From contig NC_058130.1 of assembly GCF_016433145.1 (NCBI RefSeq), positions 142,131,073-142,195,072 of the forward strand: 64,000 nucleotides of DNA. The letters run 5' to 3'. This DNA is from Gracilinanus agilis (Eukaryota). A program made the position numbers and the translations under genes. Shown piece by piece: positions 12,293 to 23,537 of this stretch. The notes beneath the pieces were generated by a model, which did no database searches, was not told where the DNA came from, and saw only the letters and a program-made list of their open reading frames with translations. Every line of letters starts with the position of its first letter. Within the stretch, counting starts at the first letter, position 1.

Positions 12293-14206
12293 CACATGTA
12301 AAACCCAGTGAATTGCTTGTTAGCTATGGGAGCGGGGTGGGAGGAGGGGAGGGAAAGAACATGAATCATGGAACCATGGGAAAATAGTCTAAATTAATTA
12401 ATCAAATAAAAATTGTCAAATCAAAAAATAAAATAATAAAAATTAAAATAAATGCCTATTGATTAACTGAGAGCCTGTTCAGCCCAGCAAAACTGACCAC
12501 AATCTGCTCTCTCCTATTGCCCCTTGCACCTCCCAGGGTTCTGGATTCCTGGCTCTGTTAATAGTACTTTCTGACACCTTATCATTTATAAGGCTTCTTT
12601 GAGCCTTAGTATCCAAGGAAAAGATCCATATATATATATAAAGCTACTGCTCTGTGGAATTAAATTCTTGTACATGCATGCACAGGGTCTTCCTTTTCCA
12701 GAGCACTTTCAACTATCAACTATCTGTCATAGTCTCCCTCACACCATCTCAGGAGGAAGACCTGGTAAATTTGATCTCTTCCATTTTATTTTGTAGATGA
12801 AAAAATTTGAGTCTCAGAACAGGAAAGAGACCCACTAGCACAAGATCACATCCAGAGTAAATGGCATAGCTGGCCTTGGAGCTTCTGTTACTTTATTCAG
12901 GCAGTCTTCCTTCCCCTTCCTTTGACTGTTGAATGGATGCCACACTCTCCATAAATCTCTCCCCTCTCTCTTTATGGGGAGCTTAGCCCTTTTGGTTTTT
13001 TGTCTTAAAATCTTATTTTCTGTCTTAGTAACAATTCTTTCCCCCGACATGTTGGTCATTGTTGTAAAAGCAAAGTCAGACTCAACTGAAACCTCAAAAT
13101 AAAACCATAAATATACTGATGTGAAAGGTGACTCCCACAGTTCTTTCTCTGGAGGTGGATAGTGTTCCCCATCATAAATCTTTCAGGATTGTCCCAGATC
13201 ACTGCATTGCTGGGAGTAGCCAAGTTTTTACAGATAATCAGTGTCCAATATTGCTGTTATCATGTACAAAGTTCTCTCAGTTTTTGCTTATTTCACTCTG
13301 TATTAGTTCCTGCAAAATAGTCCAGCTTTTTCTGAAATCATCTTGCTTTTCATTCCTATCTCAATAGTATTCCATCACCATCAAATGCCACAATTTGTTC
13401 AGCCATTCCCCAACTGATGGACATCCCTTTAATTTCTAATTTTCTGCCACTTCAAAAAGAGCTGCTATGAATATTTTTGTACAAGTAGCTCCTCCTTCCC
13501 TTTTTAAAATTATTATTAACAACTCTAAGACAGAAGAGCAAAGCCTAGGAAATTGGGGTTAAATGACTTGCCCAGGGTCATATAGCTAGGAAATGTCTGA
13601 TGTCAAATTTGAACCCAGATCTTCGCGACTCCAGACCTGACTTTATCCACTGTGATACCTAGCTGACTCCTCACAGGACTAACTCCTATCTTCTCCAGCA
13701 CCTACTACTTATTACTAATAGTACTTACTTACAATGAGTACTTACTCTTTGGATTGAAACCTGACTATCCTAATTTCTGACCCATATTTCTTCCCATCTC
13801 TCCTTCCTGCCTCTCAAAAAGGAGTAAGGGTTATGTTTAGGGTCCTAGGCAAAGGTGGGAGCCAAGTCCTACCTAGTGTAGGACAGCAAGAGTTTTCTCA
13901 CCCACGCAGCTAGGGAAGGGGCTCCCTTTCTAAGTTGCGAGTTTGGGGTATATTTCCCCATTATATGTGATCCTTTGCTGCCCTGGCCCCTGAGGAGGTT
14001 CATGAGAAAGGTAGCTTTGGTGAGAGAAGCAATACTCAGTCAGTGGAAAGCCCCTTCACCCCAGCAAGTGTCTAATCCTTGGACTTGCTTTTTATTAGGG
14101 CGAGAGTGAGGAACCTTGACTTATCAGGTAATAATCCTGGTCAAAAGAAGCAATTCTGGGGAAAAACCTACACTGTGGCTCCAGGGTTCTCAAGATCCCT
14201 TTTAGG

Positions 14207-14402
14207 TAGTGATGGGCAAACTTTTTAAAGAGGGGGCCAAAGGAAAGGAAATGCTCATGTCAGTCTGTTTCTAAGGCAACTCTTTTGAAGTTTCATTGTA
14301 TTGTATCCTACTCATTGTATTCATCAAATTAGGAATAATGTCGCTAGGCCAGATAGAACATTTCGGGGGCTGCATCTGGCCCACTGGTTTTGCCCATCAC
14401 TG
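14207..14402. mobile_element. hAT-superfamily MITE, copy 1
   Basis: TIRs (C/T)AGTGATGGGCAAA...TTTGCCCATCACTG; 8-bp flanks cttttagg / cttttaag (7/8 match, hAT-type TSD); second copy at 55411-55622. Confidence 0.9.
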
Positions 14403-15472
14403 CTTTTAAGAATGAAATCCACAGAAATACATGCCTGCCAAGGACCATTCCAGCCTCAAGGATCCAGAGCAGGCAGCTCCTAGTCTACGTAAGCATACCA
14501 CTCTCCCAGGCTTCACTAGTAGCTCCTGTGAATTGAGGTCTTCCAAACAATGTTTATTCTTTATAATTTAACACACTCGATTTTGATTTTCCTTAGGGTT
14601 CTTTCCATTTTCATTGTTGTAGTTAGCCTGTGCATTGTCTTCCTGGCTCTGCTTACTTCATCCTGCCTCAGTTCATACAGATCCTTCTTTGTTTCTCTGT
14701 AATCATTACACACATCATTTCTCACAGCCTGTTAATATTTCATTATATTCGTGTACCCTAATGACCCTTTCCCCCCAGCCACTGCCACTATCCTGGGTGT
14801 TTTTGGGTGTGAGGCCCAACTCTTTTTGCCCCAGCTAAAAGATTCCCAGTTCTGCCTCTGGGGGAAGAAATAAGGCATTTTAGAAGATTTTGCCACCCCA
14901 GAATAGAGCATTGTGTATGTCTGTTAAGTACTGGTGAATGAATGAATGCATACTGACTTTACCCAACCCAAATGATCAACCGCTGAAGTACTGAAATAAG
15001 AATGAATGAATGAGTAAATGAATGAAAGGACAACCTGAATGGAGGAACTATCAGAGAATAGGAAATGAAGGGAACACCAACGAACGAGAAAGAACTGCTC
15101 ACATTTCTATAATGCTTTAGATTATACAATATGCTTTCCTCATGATGCCTGGGTGAGAGAAGTAGCATCCAGATTATCCCTGTCTTACAGATGAAGAGAC
15201 AAGGTCAGAATAATGTAGTGAGTTACTTTTGGTTACACAAATAAGATAAGAGCTAAACAGATAAGAGCTCTGGACTTCCAAGCAGAAGACCTAAGCATTT
15301 TTTTAAACTGTAAGGATATCCTTTTAATTCTATTGATTGTGACAAAATAACTGCTGGTAACTAGTTGAATGACCTTGGGTAATTTACTTTCTTTTTCCAA
15401 GCCTGTTTTTGTCCATGTAAAAGGGAGAGGAGGGCAAAAGTTGTCCTAGACAATGTCTAAAATAGGTCCCTT

Positions 15473-15660
15473 TGGGGCAGGTAGGTGGCTCAGTGGACTG
15501 AGAACCAGGCTCAGAGATGGGAAGTTCAAATTTGACACCGTATACTTCCTAGCTGTGTGGCCCTGGGCAAGTCTTAACCCCCCCATTGCCTAGCCCTTAC
15601 TGCTCTTCTGCCTTGGAACCAATATACAGTATTGATTCTAAGATGGAAGGTAAGAGTTTT
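15473..15660 (+). mobile_element. MAR1-type CORE SINE
   Basis: ggggcaggtaggtggctcagtgg...ccttggaaccaatatacagtattgattctaag. Similar copies at about 7730-7940, 24475-24680, 27588-27790, 32772-32995, 33353-33540, 34510-34705, 37476-37665 and 60275-60480. Confidence 0.85.
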
Positions 15661-18600
15661 CAAAATAAATAAATAAATTCCATCCATAGGATTCTATATT
15701 ATTTAGAGCATAAGCATTACCAGGTCAGTTCCCCAGCCACCAAGGTGGAGGCCAATCAAGGATGTCTTTCCAGATTTTCTCTATTCTCTTAGTAAAATTT
15801 AAAAAAAAAAATATATATATATGTATATATCATTAGGACTTTTATTCGGTAGCAGTATTTGACATTATATTACAATACCTACCTGGCAAAAGTACTGACT
15901 TTTTAAAAAATTTTATTTTTAATTCTTATTTTGAATATTTTCCCGTAGTTACATGTTTCATGTTCTTTCCCTCTTCCCCAAACCCCTCTAACCCTGCTTA
16001 GCCGATGCACAATTCTACTGGGTTTTATGTGTATTATTGATTAAGACCTAATTCGATATTATTGATAGTTGGACTAGAGTTATTGTTTAGCATCTACATC
16101 CCCAATAATATCCTCAAAAGCCCATGTGTTCAAGCAGTTGTTTTTCTTCTTCGTTTCTCCTCCCACAATTCTTCCTCTGAATGTGGCTAGTTTTCTTTCT
16201 CATAAGTCTCTCAGCCTTGCTCTGGATTCTTGCATTGCTGCTAGTAGAGAAGTTCGTTATGTTCGATTGAAAAGTACTGACTTTTGGCTTGGGCTAGCAT
16301 TATTAGAAGGGAGGCTTGTACTTGGAACTGATAATTATTATTAATATTCTTAGTCAGTATTCTAAGTTAGAAGGTAAAGGTCTTCAAAATGTTAAAAAAA
16401 AAAAACAGGAGGGGGGGGCTTGTATATCACTCCAGAGGCATAACTTTTCATTAATACCTATGTTTTTTAATAACACTGTAATTTCCCCAAATATCTTTCT
16501 CCTTCCTTCTCTCAGAAAGCCGTCCCATATAACAAATAGTACTTTTTAAAGGCAAAAAAGGGGGAAAAATCAGCATAACACCAACACATCAGAAGTCTAG
16601 AAATATATTCACGTTACACTTGTGAATCTTCCACATGTGCAAAGGGGTGGGGTGGGGTGGAAGTGTCTACTCATTTCTTTTCTTCCAAACAATGTTTATT
16701 CTTTATAATTTAACACACTCGATTTTGATCTTCCTTAGGGTTCTTTCCATTTTCATTGTTGTAGTTAGCCTGTGCATTGTCTTCCTGGCTCTGCTTACTT
16801 CATCTTGCCTCAGTTCATACAGATCCTTCTTTGTTTCTCTGTAATCATCATTTCTCACAGCCTGTTAATATTTCATTATATTCGTGTGCCACAATTTGTT
16901 TAAATCGCTCCCCAAACGATGGGCATCTACTTTGTTTCTAGTCCTTTGCTCTCACTAAAAAAAAAGTGTTTCTATAAGTATTTGGGTGTATTTGCAGGTG
17001 TGTTTGATCAAGTTCTTTTCCCAAACTCGTCATTCCTCAAATCCCCGATTTGGGGGCAGGCACTCTTTCAATTCTATCCTGGACTGTGTGAGAGGCAGTC
17101 CCTGGGCCAGGCTGACAGAGAGAGAGGACGAAGGTTTCCTATCTGTTCTGGGATCCTTAGCACATAAACGTTGTCAGAAGATGAGGACCCATATTTCTTT
17201 CCATCTTCCCTTGCTGATTCTCTAAAAGGAGTAAGGGCTGATATTGGTCCTAACTGTCAGGGGCAGACATGGATGCTATGGGATGCAGAAGGAATAGACC
17301 TGAGAATCTCAGATTCAGAGTTGCACGGGACCTTAGAAACCATCTAGTCCAACACTCACACTTTACAGATGAGGAAACTGAGGGCCATAGAGGCTTAATG
17401 GTCACACAGGGGCTGTGTCCAAGGTAGACTTTGAACCCAGGTCTTGGCTATTTCTAGATGGGATGTCAAGGCAGAAGTTCAGGAGTAGTCCTTAGGACCT
17501 TGGGCATCCAATAGGAATCAGGATCCTTTTAAGAGGGGAATGAGGACAGGACTTTAGGGTCTATGGGAGTTCAAGGGTATGAGGCCTGGGAAGAATATTG
17601 GCCAGATGTTGGACCCTGGGCCCAAAAGGGGTTTAGAAGTTGGATAAAGGGCCTATGATAGTGTGATAGGAGAGGGAAGGAGCTAGTGGGTCAGGGCTGA
17701 GGCAGTGGGAGGGAGTCAGAGGTGTCTCCTAATCTGGAACCAGACCCAGAGCCTCCAGCTGGTTGTGTAGATAACAATTCTTTGGGGCTGGGCTCATGAA
17801 CACTGCCTAACACCTCTAAACCCAGCCAGATGCGGTAGGTTGATTACTCTGCCTAGGTCCCATTCTGAAATCCTCCTCCCTTTTCTGGCTTCCCTTTGGA
17901 CATGGTCTGGGGCTTCAGTTGTAGTCCTAAAACCTCCTGCCCACCCAGAGATCCCAAAGCACTTTTTCCAGAGTTGGAGGATGGGTATACAGCTTTTGGA
18001 GGAAGAGGAGAGGGAGCTGGAAGTATGTACAATGGGCTGTCTTCCCAGATTGGGGCAAGGATTAGATTCCATTAGCTGGAACTCAAAAGCACATTTTCCT
18101 AATACCCAAGAAGAGCAGTAGCTTGAGGGTGACTCTTGGTTCTGGGGCTGCAGGAAGACAATGTATGTTCACAATGGTTAAAATAATGTAAATGGAAAAA
18201 CCAAAAATTAGGCAAAATTAAACTGAATGCTGCATCCTGGAAAAGTGATGAGAAAATATACCTCTGGGTGGCGGTGGGGGGGGGGGGACCAAAGGTGTGG
18301 AAAATTGCATACACACTCATTCCGCTGATATGCTCCATAATTTTGGTACCTTTTTGGTTTCTTCCCCCCCCCCCCCATTTTCTGTGGGTAGGGGCGAGGT
18401 TCTGGAATTCTATCCAGAAATAACAATGATGGGAAAGCAAAATAAATGAACAAAAATGAAAACTACAGAAAAATCAGCAAACAGTCAGGAAAGTCGATGG
18501 CAGAGGGTTATGGACTTTACTTATGAGATTGGGAAAGGAGCAGAACAGCTTCTCAGCTCCCCCGAGATCTGGGGCAGCCCCCAGCCAGCTCATCTTTCTG

Positions 18601-18704
18601 GGCAGCAGCTGGGAAGCGGCTGCAGTTTTCCCCACACGCTTCCATTTCCCCCGCCTAACCCCTCCACACCCTCTAAGCGGCAGCGCATCGTCACAGACTC
18701 CGAC

Positions 18705-18710
18705 TTTATT
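18705..18710 (-). terminator. Theta-globin polyadenylation signal AATAAA
   Basis: AATAAAGTCGGAGT context, resembling the alpha-globin AATAAAGTCTGAGT. Confidence 0.8.
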
Positions 18711-18797
18711 CAGATTCCCGGCTCTCAGAGATGGGGGAAGGAGCTGGCGCCATCCAGGGCTTGAGGGTCGCGCTCCTGGAAGGGGCTCTTCTACCAG

Positions 18798-19769
18798 CTA
18801 ACGGTACTTGGACGTCAACACCGAGGACACGTAGCTCAGGAACTTGTCCAGAGATGCGTGCACCTCGGGGTTCAAGTTGCCCGGATGGTGCCTAGCCAGG
18901 GTCACGAGCAAACAGTGAGACAGGAACTGGGGAGCAAAGAGACAGATCCAGGGTCAGGCCGAGCCCAATCTTTGTGGGAGGCCACTTCGTGGATTCCATT
19001 AGCCCTGGATTCGACCCGGACCCCTTTCACTGCACTCAATCTCTCACAGCCTCTCCCACTACGCGGGGGACTCATTCGCAGACGGTTGACCCTAGCTGGC
19101 TGCTCTGCGCCGACCAGACTTCTCCCCTACATCCCGCTTGCCCGCCTCACTTCTCCCCATCCCGTGTCTCCACTAACTTTGAAGTTGGTGGGATCCACCT
19201 TGAGTCTGTGGGCGTGGAGATCGCTCAGGGACGAGAGGGCCTCGGGCAGGTCATCCAGGCGGCTGACTGCCAAAGTTAGCGCGGCAGCCAACTTCTTGCC
19301 ATGAGCTTGGACCTGGGGGGAGCCGCTGGAGTGGTCGAAGTGGGGGAAATAGGTCTTGGTCGCAGGGAAAGAGAGGAAGGTCCTGCGAACCGAAAAAGAA
19401 GGCGAGGGAGAGGTTCTGTAGGTCCAGAGCCAGGACTGGCGCAAAGAACGGAGGGCCGGCTGGGGGTGGGGAGGAGGAGGGAGTCGTCAGGGAGTCCCAG
19501 GAGTCGGAGGCAAATGCCAGGGTAACAGCGGGGTCCTGGGTGAGGAAGGAGGTCCCAAGGCTGGAGGGGTGGGGGAGAGGGGAAGTGGGCTTCGGGACTG
19601 GCTGAGATAGGGGGCCACTCTGGTTTCCAGACTCCAGGAAGTGGCTGATTCACGTGCTGGGTGGGTTCCCTCACCTCACCAGGGCTTCAGTGCCATAGAC
19701 GTGTGTGTTCTCACCCAGTTTTTCCCAGAATTCTTTCACGTTGCACTTGTCTTCAGCAGACAGAGCCAT
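18798..19769 (-). CDS. HBQ1: Theta-globin (alpha-like); exons 19675-19769, 19178-19382, 18798-18926
   Basis: Alpha-type exon sizes 95/205/129; intact frame: [142 protein letters not shown]. Theta-type features as in human HBQ1: MALSAED, KLGxNxxVYxTEAL, FPATKTY, LAVxRLDDLPxALS, ARHxPG. Its position just 5' of omega fits theta. The gene itself is certain; theta versus a divergent alphaA is less so. Confidence 0.85.
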
Positions 19770-19811
19770 CCTTCTTTGCCAGGCCTGTCTGTTAGGGGTT
19801 TGCCAAGGATG

Positions 19812-19852
19812 GTATGTTCTAGACTTGGCACTGGGGATGTGGAGCTCATTGG
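19812..19852 (-). promoter_or_regulatory. Theta promoter: CCAATGAGC box (CCAAT 19848-19852) and a degenerate TATA-position element (CATAC 19812-19816)
   Basis: CCAATGAGC is the alpha-globin CCAAT context. No TATA(A) or CATAAA occurs between it and the ATG. Confidence 0.55.
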
Positions 19853-20869
19853 CTGGCACAAGGCCCACTATGGGTAGCCATTAGACTAGGTAGTTCGAGG
19901 CCAGATCTCCACCACAGAGGGCTCTGCATTCCAACCCAAGCAGCACCAGCTGTGCAAACTGGGCACTAGTGCTGAATGCCCAGCTGTATTGCCTTTCACC
20001 CCTTAAACCCGAGTTGTGGAGCTACTTAGGCAGATAGATGATAATAATATCATTTATGGTCATCTGTGAAAACTTGGCTCCTCTCAGCAATGCCGTGATC
20101 TGGGACAATCCAGAGAGGTTTATGGTGGGGAATGCTATCCACCTCCAGAGAAAGAACTGCTGGAATCCTCTTTCATATCAGTGTACTTATGATTTTATTT
20201 GGGGGTTTCAGTTATGTATGACTTTGCTCTTACAACCGTGACCAATATGGAAGTGTGTTTTGCATGATAATAAAAAGAAAAGAAAATGAATAAATAGCAA
20301 TTAGCATTTACAGAGCACTTTAAGTTTTGCAAAAAATATCCTTTATAAATGCTATCTCAGTTGATTCTCAAAATAATTCTGGGAAGTAGTTTTTTTTTCC
20401 ATTTTCCCATTTTTATAGATGAGGAAACTGAGGCAGACATATTAAGTGACCTACTTAAGGTCACACAGCAAGGTTATGAAGATGGATTTGAACCCATCTT
20501 CCTGACTCCCAAATTCAGTGTTCTATCCACTGTGAATGGCCGAGCAGAAAGCGTACTTCTCCCTGTTCTAGGATGGACCCATCTTGATTTTCTTTCCTTC
20601 TGCTTCTGTTGCTGGACACTGATCTCCTTGCTGTTCCTCACACAGGACGGTCTGTCTCCCAACTTTGTGCCTTTCCCATCCCATCCTACTCCCTTTACAA
20701 ACAGATTATATTCCTATCTTTATCCACTCTAATCCCATCCGAGTGCAATTCAGTTTTCATCCCAAGCCCCATTTTCATCTCTTCCTATTTTACTTCATCC
20801 CATTTGTATCCCTATCCCTTCCCTATCTCTTCCTATCCCATTCCCCAGATAATAGGGTTAATGGGGGGG

Positions 20870-21121
20870 AGGGGGAGAAGGGGAGAAAAGAGAAGGGGGG
20901 TGATGGAAGAGAGCAGGGGTGGGGGAAGGAGGGAAGAGAAAAAGGGAGGGAGAGGGGAAGGAAAAGGAGAGAGAAGGAAGGAGGGAGGTAAGAAAGAGAA
21001 AGAGGGAGAGAGGAGGAAAAGAGGGGGAGAAGAGAGAGGAAGGGATGGAAGAGAGAGAGGGAGGGAGGGAAGAGAGAAGGAGGGAAGAGAGGGAGGGGGA
21101 AAAGAAGAAAGAGGGAGGTAA

Positions 21122-21178
<57 letters not shown>

Positions 21179-21190
21179 AGGACAGAGAGA
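20870..21190. repeat. Purine-rich (GA/GGA) low-complexity tract ending in (GA)n
   Basis: About 320 nt almost entirely G/A on the + strand; a similar tract occurs at about 42250-42570. Confidence 0.95.
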
Positions 21191-23295
21191 GAAAGGAGAA
21201 CTGATGATGCTATACTGCACTACAAAATCAGGTAGGAGACACCAGGCCTTCCTCAGATGTCTAAGGTTTCCCTTCTCACTTAATCCCTGACTCAAGTGCT
21301 CTCTGCCTCTTTGCATCTCAGTTTATGCTGAAACAGCTGAGCTCCCATCACATCCAATCCAAGTCAGCCTAAGGCTAATAGAGGTAAGAAGTTAAAGAAG
21401 TTAGATACTAGTAAGTGGAACAACAAAATAACATTAAAGGGAAAAAAAAAACTTTACATTTTCATAGATGTTTAAGGTTACAATAAGCACTTTCAAATTT
21501 TATTTGATTCTTAGGAAATCTCTGTGATGAAGTTAAGGCAAGTATTGTTATCCTTTCTTTCCTCAGACATCCTTTAGAACAAAGAATAAAAAATAAGTAT
21601 GGTAAAACTAAGGAATACATGAAAAAGTCTGGCACTATATGCAGTGTTCCATAGTCCCACATTTCTGTGACAGAGAACTGAAACCCATTTTTGGGGACCA
21701 GACCATTATAGTCAAGGTCATTATACATTTACAATTTTCAGTTTTGACTGTTTTATTGTTTGTTATTTATTTATTTATTTATTTATTTGTTATTTTTTTT
21801 TTTTAAACCCTTAACTTCTGTGTATTGACTTATAGGTGGAAGAGTGGTAAGGTTAGGCAATGGGGGTCAAGTGACTTGCCCAGGGTCACACAGCTGGGAA
21901 GTGTCTGAGGCTGGATTTGAACCTAGGACCTCCCATCTCTAGGCCTGGCTCTCAATCCATTGAGCTACCCAGCTGCCCCCTTTTCATTTATTTTTCTGCA
22001 ATCATAGTGTATATTGTTTTTCTCATTCTACTTAGTTGATTTTGCATCATTTTACTTAAGTTTTCACATGCTTCTCTTCATTTATCATATTCTCCATTGT
22101 TATCTACAGGATAGTAATATTCTATTACACAAAGAGAATACTACAATTTGTTTAGCTATTCCCCAAATTAATCGATGTAAACTTTGTTTTAGGACAGAAA
22201 ATATTATTCCCTTTTTGTTGATTTGGAAACTGAGGCTCCACAACATTAAGAAATTTGCTCAAGTCACAATTAACAAGTACTTGAACTGAGGCTAAAAATC
22301 CAGTGTTTTTTTACTTGGTGTTCTTTTGCCATCACACATTGCTATCATAAAATATGGAATATCAGAGATGGATGGGGCTTTAGCACATAGAACATAAAAT
22401 GGGAGAGCTGGAAAGGAACATATAATCTGTAATGTCAGAGTTGTAAAGGACCTTATATAATTGAACTTCCTCATTTTATAAGAGGGGAAACTGAGACCTT
22501 CAAAGGGGAAGTAACTTGTCAAGGTTTTATGTGTTGTTAGATAGAAAAGTGACCAGAGTTCACATCTGAATACCAGTTCAGTGATAACTGGGAAGGTGTG
22601 AGAATGGACTGATGGTCTTCAAACCAACAGGCTAAAAATAATGGCCAAAGGTTGGACCAGTTGGTTTTATAATCTCATTCCAAACCTTCCCAGCTCACCA
22701 CACTCTCCCTCCCATCCCCCCGGGGTCCCATCTCTAGGCAACCTATTAGATATCTTTCTTCTTTGCTCTAGGCACTGTACAATACATGAACCCAATGTAG
22801 GGGGTCTACCAAGCTGGGCTCATGCACCCCAGATCCTGACACATCAGACTTTGGAGAAGACTCTTTTCTACCCACAAAAAGCACTTTGGCCAAAAGACCA
22901 TTTTAGAATGGAATATGGAAATAAGTGTGCAAAGGGGATGCGAGGGCACTTTTGCAAGCTCTAGACTTAGGGGTCCTCAGGAGTCTTGACATGGGCTTGT
23001 TCCATTTTGTATCTATCCTCATACTCAGCCCCCCTTTCCCCTTCCTGCCACAAGCTAAGCCTGGTTCACTGGGTGTGACAGTTTAGAAATATCTCCTCAT
23101 TCATGTGTGGGTGGGGTTACTTGGGAGAGATAGGGAAGGTCAAGACTGGGCTGGGTCCCTGACCTCTCCCATCTCTTGCCCCCAGTCTTCTCTTCGAGTT
23201 TGGAAAATGTAACACTGGACCTTTGTGTCAACTCTTGCCTCACTCCCCCATCACGGAGTTGGGGTTTGCACAGCCAGGTTGCCATAAATTCAGAC

Positions 23296-23537
23296 TTTAT
23301 TCTAAGATAATTACTTCTGTTCACGTATCTGGCAGTGAGGGAGAGGAGGGAGTAAGAGGTCCCAGACTAGATGCTCCCAGGTGGGGTGTAGCTGGAGAAG
23401 GGAACACCAGTTTGACAGTATTTAGAGGAGAATTCTGAGGTCCAGTAGCTCAGGGACTTGTTCAGGGAAAGGAACACCACAAAAAAATCCTCAGGGGGCT
23501 GATTGACCAATACCACAGTCACAGATTGTGCCAGTTT
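23296..23537 (-). pseudogene. Orphan degenerate alpha/theta-type globin exon 3 (23412-23537) with 3' UTR and AATAAA (23296-23301)
   Basis: After the acceptor tttttttccccag the - strand reads KLAQSVTVVLVNQPPEDFFVVFLSLNKSLSYWTSEFSSKYCQ. This aligns to theta exon 3 (SLNKSLSYWTSEFSSKYC vs [18 protein letters not shown]), one codon short, with the stop position now CAA. It is followed 110 nt later by AATAAAGTCTGAA, the alpha-globin poly(A) context. No exon 1 or 2 was recognisable; upstream is L1/SINE/L3 sequence. Confidence 0.8.

Noticed and set aside
19770-19868. In-frame 33-codon N-terminal extension of theta in the ORF track
   Set aside because: It starts at GTG, upstream of the CCAAT box, so it lies outside the expected transcript.
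20540-20570. Minus-strand gagaagtacgct resembling the EKYR end of zeta/alphaD exon 3
   Set aside because: Upstream sequence shows no globin similarity in any frame.
20609-21316. Long ORFs rich in E/R/G/K or S/L/F/P (also 42207-42651)
   Set aside because: Translations of GA/CT low-complexity tracts that lack stop codons by composition.
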